DNA of 64,000 bases from Pachysolen tannophilus NRRL Y-2460 (taxonomy: Eukaryota): contig KV454013.1 of NCBI GenBank assembly GCA_001661245.1, positions 1,683,860 to 1,747,859 of the forward strand, in the 5' to 3' direction. The notes under the pieces were generated by a model, which ran no database searches, was not told the DNA's origin, and saw only the letters and a list, made by a program, of their open reading frames with translations. Below, in pieces: positions 25,045 to 35,521 of the stretch. The translations under genes and the position numbers were made by a program. Each line of letters opens with the position of its first letter. The stretch's first letter is position 1.

Positions 25045-26268
25045 TTAATTGAAAGAAGGTTTTTTATTAGAACTGCTTTGTTCACGAATTACCAAGTTCT
25101 CAACAGATGAAGAAGAATCAACTGACGGTGATGACGATGATTTATCTTGTTTTTTTCTAAAAATTTTATTCCAACGTAGACCAAGCCAGTATTTCGGTTT
25201 CAATTGACTACTTTTCAATTTACAAAATGGTAAATGATCATTTCTTTCCTCATATTGCATGATTTGCAAAATTAATATAAGAAACCCCCAATAGACATTA
25301 TAAGAAATAACTGAACCATATGTAGCAGAGTTCTGCCATCCTAGTAAAGAGTTGAAAATGTCCCAACCGTTATCAATTTCTGGGTTGCAGCAGTTTACGT
25401 GCCAAACAGATTGTTTAACGTTATAAGTTCCAGGGCCTGAACCATTTTCTGAAGCATCACCACCAGTCTTTTGATTATATTGATAATTTTGGAAAAACCA
25501 AATACCTCTTGAAAATAAACCAGCAGAAATCAAATATAAGATTGAAGTTGAAACTGAAAGAAAAATTTGTAATTTTGCTACTGAACCACCGTAGTATAAT
25601 AACCCACCAACTATTAATCCGCAAATTATACCAGTAACTACAGGTAGTACAAACCCACTTGCTGGTTTGCCAATCCCAACACCACCAATAAATACAACAG
25701 CTTCTAAACCTTCTCTTAAGCAAGTTATAAAAGGTAACCAAAACATGAAAAAATTACTTTTAAAATATTTAGGAACATTATTAAACCATTTACCAATTTT
25801 TTTAAAAATATTTCTAGTTTCTTTAATTTCTGTATATTCTTCCTTTTCTTTATCAACCAATGCTTTTTTCAATTTAACTCTCCATTTGTCTTGCATTTTT
25901 GATACTCTTAGCAATCCAACACCCATAACTGTGATCAATAATGATGCAACTATACAGAAAACACCTTCCCATAAATCTTCTGTCTTTGCATATAAATCAG
26001 AACCTTTAGTATAAAAAACAGCAATAAATGTAATACCAACAGCTAAACAAACCAGGAATCCAGCGAGACCTCCTCCAATAACTTGAATTTTTAATTTTTT
26101 ATTCAATTGTTGCAGTTCATTCTTTTTATTTTCAGCAACTTCATCTGTTCCAAATCCTTTATCAATAAAAGCCAACAATACAGACATAACTATAAATGCC
26201 TCTAATGACTCTCTGAAAACTACAAAGAAAATCTGAACATTAAAAACTTTGTCGTAAGTATCTGTCAT
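25045..26268 (-). CDS. FTR1: High-affinity iron permease
   Basis: KVFNVQIFFVVFRESLE and REGLE motifs; GGDASENGSGPGTY...VWHVNCCNPE. First ATG is at 26268. Confidence 0.92.
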   Translation of the reverse strand: MTDTYDKVFNVQIFFVVFRESLEAFIVMSVLLAFIDKGFGTDEVAENKKNELQQLNKKLKIQVIGGGLAGFLVCLAVGITFIAVFYTKGSDLYAKTEDLWEGVFCIVASLLITVMGVGLLRVSKMQDKWRVKLKKALVDKEKEEYTEIKETRNIFKKIGKWFNNVPKYFKSNFFMFWLPFITCLREGLEAVVFIGGVGIGKPASGFVLPVVTGIICGLIVGGLLYYGGSVAKLQIFLSVSTSILYLISAGLFSRGIWFFQNYQYNQKTGGDASENGSGPGTYNVKQSVWHVNCCNPEIDNGWDIFNSLLGWQNSATYGSVISYNVYWGFLILILQIMQYEERNDHLPFCKLKSSQLKPKYWLGLRWNKIFRKKQDKSSSSPSVDSSSSVENLVIREQSSSNKKPSFN

Positions 26269-26887
26269 TTCCAACAAAACTTCAATACAGATTATACCAA
26301 GACTAACCCCAAAAAAAAAACACAAAACTATTCAAATTGAAAACTTTTTCTCTTTTATTTCAAACATTGTTCTAGCATTATATGATAAAAAAGAAAAAAT
26401 TAAAAAATGAAAAAAGGTCTCAACCAATTTAAGGTTTACCTTGGAGTTGCTCCAAAACAGAAAGTATAAAACTATAGATTAAATAGATAACTTTATTTTG
26501 AACTTGGGACATAAACTTGTAAACTAGTAAACTTCTAATTTTATTAACTTTTTACTTGTCTAATAAGTCATGTCTACTTTTTAAGAGAATGAACAAGACT
26601 AGAAACTCCTAGACACTTGCAAAAGAACTAGCATTCAACTAACATTAATTTGTTAATATAAATAACCTACAATAAAAAGGGGTAACAGATAAAAGAAAAA
26701 GGGGGTAATCCGCCTGGAATCGTGCGCAGAGTATCAAAGACGGCCTGCCGGGAATTTGGCGGTGGCCCAGACGCAGGGCGGGCGGAAGACTTTGGTTTAA
26801 GTTCTGCCGCATAGCAAATATAGATGATAATAATTTATTCATTTTATAATTATTCAACTTGTAAGTGTGTATCAATTTATTTGAAAT

Positions 26888-27739
26888 ATGACGGTTCAAA
26901 GGTTTTATCAATTGTCTTCGGGCTATAGGTTACCATCTGTTGGTCTTGGTACTTGGAGTATTCCCAATCTGAGCACGGCTAAGGTTGTATGTAGTGCTTT
27001 AGATTGTGGATTTCGGCTTATTGATACAGCAGTATTATATGGTAATGAACGGGAGTGTGGTCAAGGTATTTTGAAATGGATTGAGCAGGATCCTCAGAAT
27101 AATAAGAGGGAAGAAGTTGTTTATACTACTAAGTTATGGAACTCTGAGTGTGGGTATCTGAGGGCAAAAGCTGCAATTAAAAAATGTTTTGAAAAAGTTG
27201 AAGGGCTCGGTTATATTGATTTATTATTGATACATTCTCCTTTAGCTGGACCAACAGCAAGATTAGAGACTTGGAAGGCTATGCAAGAAGCAGTTGATGA
27301 AGGTTTAGTCAAATCAATTGGTGTTTCGAATTATGGCCAACATCATATTGAACAATTGCTATCATGGGAAGGATTAAGGTATAAACCAGTTGTTAATCAA
27401 ATTGAAATATCACCTTGGTTAATGAGACAGGAATTGGCTGATTTTTGCAAATCAAATGGGATTGTGGTAGAGGCATATGCACCGCTAGCTCATGGTGGAA
27501 GAATAAACGATAAAGATGTTTCAAGATTGGCCAAGAAGTATAACGTTTCCACAGCTCAAATTTTAATTAGATGGAGTTTACAAAAAGGTTATGTTCCATT
27601 ACCAAAGACAAAATCTCTTGAAAGGTTACCATCTAATATTGACGTTTACAATTTTGAAATCTCTCAAGAGGATATGGATATCTTGAGTCACCCAGAGAGT
27701 TATGACCCAACTGATTGGGAATGTACCGATGCTCCTTGA
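26888..27739 (+). CDS. Aldo-keto reductase (YJR096W-like)
   Basis: IDTAVLYGNE, TTKLWN, LLIHSP, SIGVSNY, PLPKT, C-terminal PTDWECTDAP. Confidence 0.92.
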   Translation: MTVQRFYQLSSGYRLPSVGLGTWSIPNLSTAKVVCSALDCGFRLIDTAVLYGNERECGQGILKWIEQDPQNNKREEVVYTTKLWNSECGYLRAKAAIKKCFEKVEGLGYIDLLLIHSPLAGPTARLETWKAMQEAVDEGLVKSIGVSNYGQHHIEQLLSWEGLRYKPVVNQIEISPWLMRQELADFCKSNGIVVEAYAPLAHGGRINDKDVSRLAKKYNVSTAQILIRWSLQKGYVPLPKTKSLERLPSNIDVYNFEISQEDMDILSHPESYDPTDWECTDAP

Positions 27740-27873
27740 ATTTGATTGGTTTTTAACATTGAAATTCTTGAAATTTTTGAAATTTTTTAAATATTTTTTT
27801 TTTTAAAAAGGAAAGCTGAAATTAATAAAATATAACATTATCATCTATTATATTATTATATATACACATTTGT

Positions 27874-29457
27874 TTAACTTAAAGTAAAATCAAATTCTTT
27901 AAAATAATTTTTAAACAATTCACATTCTTTGGTCTCTTTAGCTTGAGGTTGTTTGCATTTATCCCAATGTATCCTTTTTGTTTCATTTATCAAAGTAGCA
28001 AAAACTCTTCTAGGAAATTGTAAATCAACGGAACCTGAATCTTCTGTACCACTTAATTTACAAACATATTGATTTTTAACCTCAACATCACTGTAAATTG
28101 ATATTAAGATGTAGTCTTCATTATTTATTATATTGTCTAATTCTTCTTGGCCAGCATTGTCATTCGTTATTTCAATAAAGTCTAATTTTTGATTTTTAGT
28201 AAATAAATTATTATTTCTTCCAACTTGTTGATCCAAAGTTTTCTTAAAATTATCATTTTCAAAAAAATTCGACATTATTGGTAAAAACTGAATATGATAA
28301 TGTACCGATTTTAATCTTGAAACTTCAAAAAAGACAATTTTAAATTCAGAATTAATATTTTTAAACATCTTTATTAAGGCAATTTTATATTTCAAAATTT
28401 CATCGAATAATGGTGATTTTGTAATATTTGTCGTCTCATCTTCTTTTTCATTTAATGACCTTAAAGTTGGTATATGAGAAATTGGGATGATAATTCCATG
28501 ACCTGAAATATCAATTAAGCCTCTGTGAGGTCTTGTCAAAGGTCCTTTTGCAATAGTCAAATAACAATGTTCACCAATAGAGATAATCATATGAACATCA
28601 ATTTTAGGATTCGATAAACAAAAAAAACATTGATCTGGAGTAACAATTTGTTTCATTTTTTTAAAGCTAGAAGAGGACACACCATCATTCAACTTTCTTT
28701 TCTGTGAAGTTGGAATTAATTCAACGGTGTTAATTGTAGCAGGTTTACTCTGTTCCAAAAATGGATTATTGTTGTTAAATTGTGTTATGTTCTCCAAATC
28801 TAATTCACTTAATAGGTTTAAATTAAAAGCATAATGCCATCTTTCTAATTTATTTCCATAAGTCCCTAAACTAACAAATCTCGTTAACCTTGATTCATCT
28901 TTCCAATAAATCGGTTGTCTTTCAAAAAATCGTCCATTTTCACTTCCACAACAAAAATGATATCTTGGTTTTGTCAACTTTACAACTTCGTCAATCTTAA
29001 CGTCATTCGCAATTAAAGTTAATTTTTGTTCTTTTGAAATAAAAGATGGCCATTGATATGAAAGCAAAATATCTATGGTTTCATTTTGGAAAGTTTCTTG
29101 AATTTTTTCCATAGTTATATCTTTGAGATTTCCTGTTATATAACCAATCGTAACACCATTTGATAATTTATAAATACCAATTTTACCTAGGAATATCAAG
29201 TTATTCACCACTTCTTTATGTACATCTTCTAATTCAAATTCTGCTGGGTTGATTCCTTCCACAAATATAGTTTTCTGATCTATGCTAATCAAATCTTTCA
29301 GTTGAGTAGAATTCTGTAAAGTATCACCAACTAGTAAAACTAAGTCAAAAGGTCCATTCTTCAGATTTAATGAGTTTGCTTGTTTCAATAACTTGTTCAA
29401 ATTTGTTGGATTTGGATTCAAGACTAATAGCTTTAGCCTCAGAACTTCTCCTGTCAT
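27874..29457 (-). CDS. DRN1: Cwf19-like/CwfJ protein, debranching-enzyme associated
   Basis: N-terminal pseudo-metallophosphoesterase (KNGPFD, KPRYHF), CFFCLSNP, AKGPL, GH..IIPISH, HYHIQ, LQFPRRV. Confidence 0.82.
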   Translation of the reverse strand: MTGEVLRLKLLVLNPNPTNLNKLLKQANSLNLKNGPFDLVLLVGDTLQNSTQLKDLISIDQKTIFVEGINPAEFELEDVHKEVVNNLIFLGKIGIYKLSNGVTIGYITGNLKDITMEKIQETFQNETIDILLSYQWPSFISKEQKLTLIANDVKIDEVVKLTKPRYHFCCGSENGRFFERQPIYWKDESRLTRFVSLGTYGNKLERWHYAFNLNLLSELDLENITQFNNNNPFLEQSKPATINTVELIPTSQKRKLNDGVSSSSFKKMKQIVTPDQCFFCLSNPKIDVHMIISIGEHCYLTIAKGPLTRPHRGLIDISGHGIIIPISHIPTLRSLNEKEDETTNITKSPLFDEILKYKIALIKMFKNINSEFKIVFFEVSRLKSVHYHIQFLPIMSNFFENDNFKKTLDQQVGRNNNLFTKNQKLDFIEITNDNAGQEELDNIINNEDYILISIYSDVEVKNQYVCKLSGTEDSGSVDLQFPRRVFATLINETKRIHWDKCKQPQAKETKECELFKNYFKEFDFTLS

Positions 29458-29773
29458 TTTTCAACCAAGTACCGTTATTATATTTAACTTTTAGACTTTA
29501 AAAACTTGGTTCTTTTTATTTATTTGCATTACAAAATTTTTTTTTTTCAAATTTTCATACATTACATATAATAACATTGTAAAAATCAACATAATTATAG
29601 AATTCAATGAATAAGAATATATACAGAAATCAATAAAAAATAGGATTCATATATAGTGGAGTCAAAATCACAATTAATCGCAATAAATGTTAAGTTTTTT
29701 TTTTTTAAAAAAAAAAAAAAAAGAAAAAGAAAAAAAAAGTTATTTATTCATTTCATTTCCAACCCATTAAATC

Positions 29774-32146
29774 TCAAACAACTTCACTAATAATCTCACT
29801 TGCTTGTCTATATGTATCTAATAAATTCTGACACCTTTGTCTTTCCGCGCTTATAGTTTCATCTTCCAATAGTAACTCATCAAACAAATCTTCTTTATAC
29901 AATTTGGATACCAATCTGTTTTGAACCGTTTCTTTTGTATAATTGACTAAAAGACACATAACGGATTTTGGAACTTGGTCTTGAATCATTTCTCTGATAA
30001 TTCCAAAATATGAAACGATTAATTTTAAAATCAATTCACATTCCAATTGCTCTCTCTCTGATAATTGTTGGAATTGTTGATCCGTTTCTATATTTAACTG
30101 TTCCATTTGTTGGGTGATTTTTGATTGAATATTATTTGAAGGTGAATTGAATGACAATTCCGATGATGGGAAAGGGACAGCTGATGTCAGATCTTGTTCA
30201 GTTTGTCCCTGGGCAAACTGTTGAGATTGATCATCTTTACCGAAAAAGAAATTCAAAAAGGAATCTTGGTTTGTATCGTTCTGCAGTTGCGCTGCTGATG
30301 ATGAGTGAATAGCAGGGATTGTATCTTTAGAATCATCTGAGTTGCGTTGAATTTCAATTTCAACTTCGTTTTTAGAATCAGACTTCGTATTATTAGATCC
30401 ATGAGAATGATGTTTTGCAGAACCATTTTCCAAGATTTTTTTATCATGATTTTTAGAACTGTTTTTAACTTTTTGCTTTCTTTCTTCAACTACACTTGCC
30501 ATTGCACTTGCTGCACCAACAAAATTTGGATGATTTGTGTTAATATAAGCTCTATGAATTTCAATTAAGCTCTCGACATATTTAGTAGCAGGACCTAATC
30601 TTTCTCTTAATAAATCAGAAATAACTTCTATTAATTTTGTTTGTAATTTTGGATATCTGCTCAACTCTGCAGATCCACAATTATGACAAATTTTCATTAA
30701 TTCTTCATATACTAATTCAACACATCTTTTAGAAGGACCTTCTAATAATTGAATTTGTGGTTTTACTAATAAATCAAATGCCAATTCTGGAACAAATAAA
30801 GATGGTCTTGGACCGGTAGAATTTCTAATAGCTGTTCTAATATCATTGATTGATAAATTAGAAGTTGGATTAATTGTCAATAATGACTGTCCAAAGACTT
30901 CATTATATATATAATATATTCTTGCACCACCACATAATTCTTTTGTAGAAATTTCCATTGAATTACCTTCTATTGAATTAATAAAATTTGTTGCAAATTT
31001 TGTCATTAATTGTAAAATTAATATTCCTCTATTTTCTTTTGAAACTGAATCTAAATCACCATAACTTGCCAATTCTTGTTCCGTTTGTCCCATCAAAGTA
31101 TTTAATTTAGCTTTAATATCAGGTAATCTTTCTCTAATATGATTCATTAAAGTATGATTTAAAGTCTTTGCTAAAAATTTTGTACCGCATCTATTGGCAA
31201 TACTTCTATAAGCAGGATGATTATGGAAAAAATCTTCTTCAGCTTGAAGACTATCTTCTAAAGATTTATTAACCGAAATATCTTGTTGAGATCTATTAAC
31301 AGTACCAATGAATCCCAATTTTAATGGATAAACTTTACCAGTTAAGATATCCAAGGCGTTTGTACCATGATCCATCAAATCAATTTTTGATAATATACCA
31401 ATTGTTCTTTTACCTAAAGGATCAACTTGTCTTGCTAATTTCAAAGATTCAGAATTAACCAAATCAACATTTGCAGGAGAAACTGCCAAGATTATTGAAT
31501 TTGGTTTAGCAATATATTCTAAAATTAAATTTTTTATTTGTCTTTCAATATCAGTTGGTTGATCACCAATTGGAATCTTGGTTAAACCAGGTAAATCTAC
31601 CAAAGTAAGATTTAAAACTTTTGGTGAATATACTTTTAAATTTATTGGTAACCTACTAATCCCTTTATTTTTCCCAGCAATTCTAGCAGTTTCATTTTCA
31701 ATTTCTTTTCTAATATCAGCAAAATTATAAAATCTCTTATTAGGAATATGTAAAAATTCACCCCATTCATTTAAAGGTGTATGATTATTATTATTATTAT
31801 TATTATTATTTGTTATTGTATTTTTCAAATGATCTTCTAAAGTTAAACCTTCATTAGAAGAATTATATAAATCTTCATGATTAACAGAACTTCCATTACT
31901 ATTTTTATAAATTAAAGAATCATCTTCATCAATATTTATCAACTGTAAAACCAAAGGTCTTCTTGTAACAATACCAACCCCTCTTGGTAAAAAATCTTTA
32001 CCAACAATATTCTCTAAAACTGATGACTTCCCAGCAGATTGAGATCCAATAACAGTCAATAATGGTAAATCTAAATCAGTTAAATTCGTATTAATAACAA
32101 TATCTTGTAATTTATTAACCACAGGAATAAGATCTTGAAAAGACAT
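29774..32146 (-). CDS. DNM1: Dynamin-related GTPase for mitochondrial fission
   Basis: GSQSAGKSS, LVDLPG, ISTKELCGGARIYYIY, RNSTGPRPSLFVPE, insert B with SFLNFFFGKD, GED domain. Confidence 0.93.
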   Translation of the reverse strand: MSFQDLIPVVNKLQDIVINTNLTDLDLPLLTVIGSQSAGKSSVLENIVGKDFLPRGVGIVTRRPLVLQLINIDEDDSLIYKNSNGSSVNHEDLYNSSNEGLTLEDHLKNTITNNNNNNNNNHTPLNEWGEFLHIPNKRFYNFADIRKEIENETARIAGKNKGISRLPINLKVYSPKVLNLTLVDLPGLTKIPIGDQPTDIERQIKNLILEYIAKPNSIILAVSPANVDLVNSESLKLARQVDPLGKRTIGILSKIDLMDHGTNALDILTGKVYPLKLGFIGTVNRSQQDISVNKSLEDSLQAEEDFFHNHPAYRSIANRCGTKFLAKTLNHTLMNHIRERLPDIKAKLNTLMGQTEQELASYGDLDSVSKENRGILILQLMTKFATNFINSIEGNSMEISTKELCGGARIYYIYNEVFGQSLLTINPTSNLSINDIRTAIRNSTGPRPSLFVPELAFDLLVKPQIQLLEGPSKRCVELVYEELMKICHNCGSAELSRYPKLQTKLIEVISDLLRERLGPATKYVESLIEIHRAYINTNHPNFVGAASAMASVVEERKQKVKNSSKNHDKKILENGSAKHHSHGSNNTKSDSKNEVEIEIQRNSDDSKDTIPAIHSSSAAQLQNDTNQDSFLNFFFGKDDQSQQFAQGQTEQDLTSAVPFPSSELSFNSPSNNIQSKITQQMEQLNIETDQQFQQLSEREQLECELILKLIVSYFGIIREMIQDQVPKSVMCLLVNYTKETVQNRLVSKLYKEDLFDELLLEDETISAERQRCQNLLDTYRQASEIISEVV

Positions 32147-32410
32147 TGCCAACTAAACACTAAACACTAAACAACTTCACTTGATTTGATTTATACTCAA
32201 TTTATTTATATCCTCTACTCCTCTACACAAATACTTTCTATACAACACTTGTTTAAAATTACTTTTGCCATCTGTTTTGTTTATATATTCTCAACCAATA
32301 AACAAGTTGAAAAAAAAAAAAAAATTGCAAAAAATGACCAAAAAAGGAAACACAGTCCAATTAAGGAAAAAGTATTATATAAATTACCTATTTAGGAAGT
32401 CATAACGGGT

Positions 32411-33820
32411 TTATAAGATGGGTTTCTTTCTTCTTTTGACCAAACCATTTAAATTATTAACAGTTGGTGATGATAATTTCCTCTTGACTAGTCCATTCAA
32501 GTCATTAGTTTGTGGGATTATTGTGTTAGCTTGGTGGTTTTGTTTTTCAAGTTTTCCAAGTTTTTTCCCATGAATTTCTTTAAATATATGGTTGATTGAT
32601 AGGCAATTGATGTAATTGTAAATTTTTTCTATTTCATCGATATCATTGCTATAATCTTGTTCAATTATGATGGTTTTAAGTTTCTTCAAGTTCTTATTAT
32701 TCAATTTTATAAGTTCATTTGTATTTGAAAAATTTTTTTTATGTAAATTTCCTTTAACTCCAATTACACCAACTACAACACCAAGCCTAAATTCTTGTCT
32801 TATTGATAATTCTAACCAAAATTGCAGTATACTAATTTTTTTAATTCTATTTTCCACCACTAAATGTTCAAAAAATCTTCCCTTTGGATCATCTGGAAAT
32901 AGAGGTATGGCATTAATAGCCAATTCATGATTTGAATCTTTATGATTATTATCATGAAATATATCACCAATAGACCAATTAGTTTTATTTGGTAAATACC
33001 TTTCTGTTGTTGTAAATTCTGATCCTGGAATAGTTAATTTAATTTCTTTATTATCAAATTCTGTTAAACTAACTTCATTGATTATATTACACCACCATTT
33101 TAATAATTGTTCACCATTTAATAAATGTTTCTTTGTATTTTTATATGAATAAGGGAATAAATATTGTCTTTCAGGTCTTGTAAATAAACAAATTTTATCC
33201 ACAACATGATTATCATTATATTCAAGTTTTAAATGAGATATTCTATTATTTCCTTCAGTTTTTAAAGGTTTATTAATATCTTTATTTTGATGTAATCTTT
33301 CAATTAAAATTCTTAAAGATCTCTCAGTAGATGTTACATATCTATTGTTGTTAAACTTGTTTGAGAACGAAAACTCATGTTTAATATTTTTATCTTTCTC
33401 AAGTTTAACTATAACATCATCTAAATAATAACTCAATGGAATTCTTAATAAATATTTCATTATATCTTTAACCAATTCTCCAATATTAACATTAATTTTA
33501 TCCTGCGTCTTATCTTTATCAAATAACCCAGTAGTATCAGCCTTTGATATAAATAAAACTCTCGAAGTCTCATCTTTATCCAAGATAATATATACAAATA
33601 CTTCAATTCCGAAAAAAATAACCTTATCTTGTAATATCGATATGAAATGTTGAATCTTAACAGTTGTACTTTTAGTGGTATTTTTATTCTTATAAAAAAT
33701 TGGTTTTGATTTTTTAGATTGAGATACTAAATTGATTAATCTATAACGAATTGAAGATTTTGGTAAATGAGATTCTAAAAGTGAACAAAGCTCAACTTCA
33801 CTATCATCATTATCAGACAT
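32411..33820 (-). CDS. RTT109: Histone H3K56 acetyltransferase
   Basis: FISKADTTG, LFTRPERQYLFP, LLKWW, IPLFPDDPKGRF, FWLELSIRQEFRLG. Confidence 0.92.
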   Translation of the reverse strand: MSDNDDSEVELCSLLESHLPKSSIRYRLINLVSQSKKSKPIFYKNKNTTKSTTVKIQHFISILQDKVIFFGIEVFVYIILDKDETSRVLFISKADTTGLFDKDKTQDKINVNIGELVKDIMKYLLRIPLSYYLDDVIVKLEKDKNIKHEFSFSNKFNNNRYVTSTERSLRILIERLHQNKDINKPLKTEGNNRISHLKLEYNDNHVVDKICLFTRPERQYLFPYSYKNTKKHLLNGEQLLKWWCNIINEVSLTEFDNKEIKLTIPGSEFTTTERYLPNKTNWSIGDIFHDNNHKDSNHELAINAIPLFPDDPKGRFFEHLVVENRIKKISILQFWLELSIRQEFRLGVVVGVIGVKGNLHKKNFSNTNELIKLNNKNLKKLKTIIIEQDYSNDIDEIEKIYNYINCLSINHIFKEIHGKKLGKLEKQNHQANTIIPQTNDLNGLVKRKLSSPTVNNLNGLVKRRKKPIL

Positions 33821-34169
33821 ATTCTTCTCCTTCTCCTTCTTCTCAATTAAACTAAACTCATTAAAATCACTGTTTTAATGTTTAATTTTGAATTTTTCAT
33901 TATTTGTTTTTCAGTATGTATCTTTTTTACTATAACAAATTCAATAGAAAAAAAAAAAGTTTCAATTATATCTAGTAATTATACGGATTATAAATATGAA
34001 AAAAAATATATATATAGTTAAGAAAGATTAATAACTAATTATTCTTTAGAAACTTATAACAATCATTTACTCCTCAATTCTTTTTTTTTTTTTTTTTTTT
34101 AAATTATGTTTCCTTTTATTAATATTGTAAAATTTTATTTTCAAAGAAAAACAAAAAAACACAAACTTT

Positions 34170-35186
34170 TCAAGCTTCTTGATATTCATCTGGGTAAAAT
34201 ATCAATCTTTCAATTCCATCTTTGGTTAATATAACTAATCTGATGACACCACCTGAGGATCCATCCCATTTGATAGCTTGTGATAAAGAAGTTTTTATAA
34301 AATTAACAGTTTCATCTTTTGTCATATTTTTTTTAAAATTTTTATTACAATAACCGTAAATAAAAGTAGAACCTGAACCAGCAATTGCATAATCTTGTTG
34401 ATGAATGGAGCCACCAATTGGAATACTATAAACTGAACCCTTTTTCTTCTCATCGTACCCAGCACATATGATACCAGCTGTTAAATGATCTTTATTTGTA
34501 TAACATAATTCTTGAAATAATGAGGCTGCTATTTTTGTTGTTGGTTTACCATTTTGAGCTGTATACATCTGTAAATGGTATCTGACAACGTCAGTTATTG
34601 CCTGAGTATCGGCAGCAGATCCTGATCTGCAACAGAAAATTGTATCATGAACTTGAGTCAATTTATCAGTCACACTTTATATATAATTTGTTAGTAAAAT
34701 AAGGTTCTTGATATAAAAGATAAAAGATCTATAAAAACAAACTTACCGATTAGCAATATAAGCACCAGTTGTGGTCCTACTATCGGCCCCCAATATGACA
34801 CCATCTTTAAAAGTAACAGCCATACTAGATAAATAAACATGTTAGTACCATACTTTCTATTTTTTCCAAATAGATGATTACAACCTTGACCTGATACACA
34901 CAAGCCCAAAAGTTGCCAAAATTCAATTCGTTACATACATTGAAGTACCAAGACTATATTACATATTAATTGATTAAAATAATGTTAGTGATCTATTGCT
35001 CAATAAGTTGTTGTTGTTGTTGCTGTCTTAATTCTCATCATTACATTACAAGCTCTATGATTGATAGAGTGTAGAAAAACGTAGAAAGAAAAAAACAAAC
35101 AAGAAGAAAAAAAAAACAAAAAAACTTCAAACATACCTAACTTCACCTTTCTTCAAGTGTTCTATATCAACTGTGATTCCATTCAT
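34170..35186 (-). CDS. PRE3: 20S proteasome beta-1 subunit; four exons: 35186-35137, 34953-34939, 34824-34747, 34674-34170
   Basis: The spliced product reads [58 protein letters not shown]. Donors GTATGT/GTATGT/GTAAGT, branch points CACTAAC/TACTAAC/TACTAAC, acceptors TAG/TAG/AAG. Confidence 0.95.
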
Positions 35187-35271
35187 AATTACTAATTGCC
35201 CTCTAATTGAAATCTTAAAAGTCTTCCTTTTAAATAGATTTCAACTCTTCTTTAAACCTTTAAACCTTTCA

Positions 35272-35280
35272 GTTGCCACT
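35272..35280 (-). promoter_or_regulatory. PACE-like (Rpn4) element AGTGGCAAC upstream of PRE3
   Basis: Variant of GGTGGCAAA, about 86 nt upstream of a proteasome-subunit ATG. Confidence 0.6.
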
Positions 35281-35521
35281 ATAAAATTGAACAAATAGAT
35301 GAAAACCAGAATTTGAATTTCTACGCACGTCTCTTAATTGCAAACCAATATCAACTATAATATATTAAGACGATATACAATCAGGTATATATTGAACTAT
35401 AAAAGAGTAGAAGAAGGAGAAAAAATAAATTGAATGGAAAGTAGTTAAAGAGAAAAAGAAAGAAATTGAGGCAATTGTGTTTTTTTCTTTTTTCCTTTTT
35501 TTTTCATTTTTAGCTTTTTAT

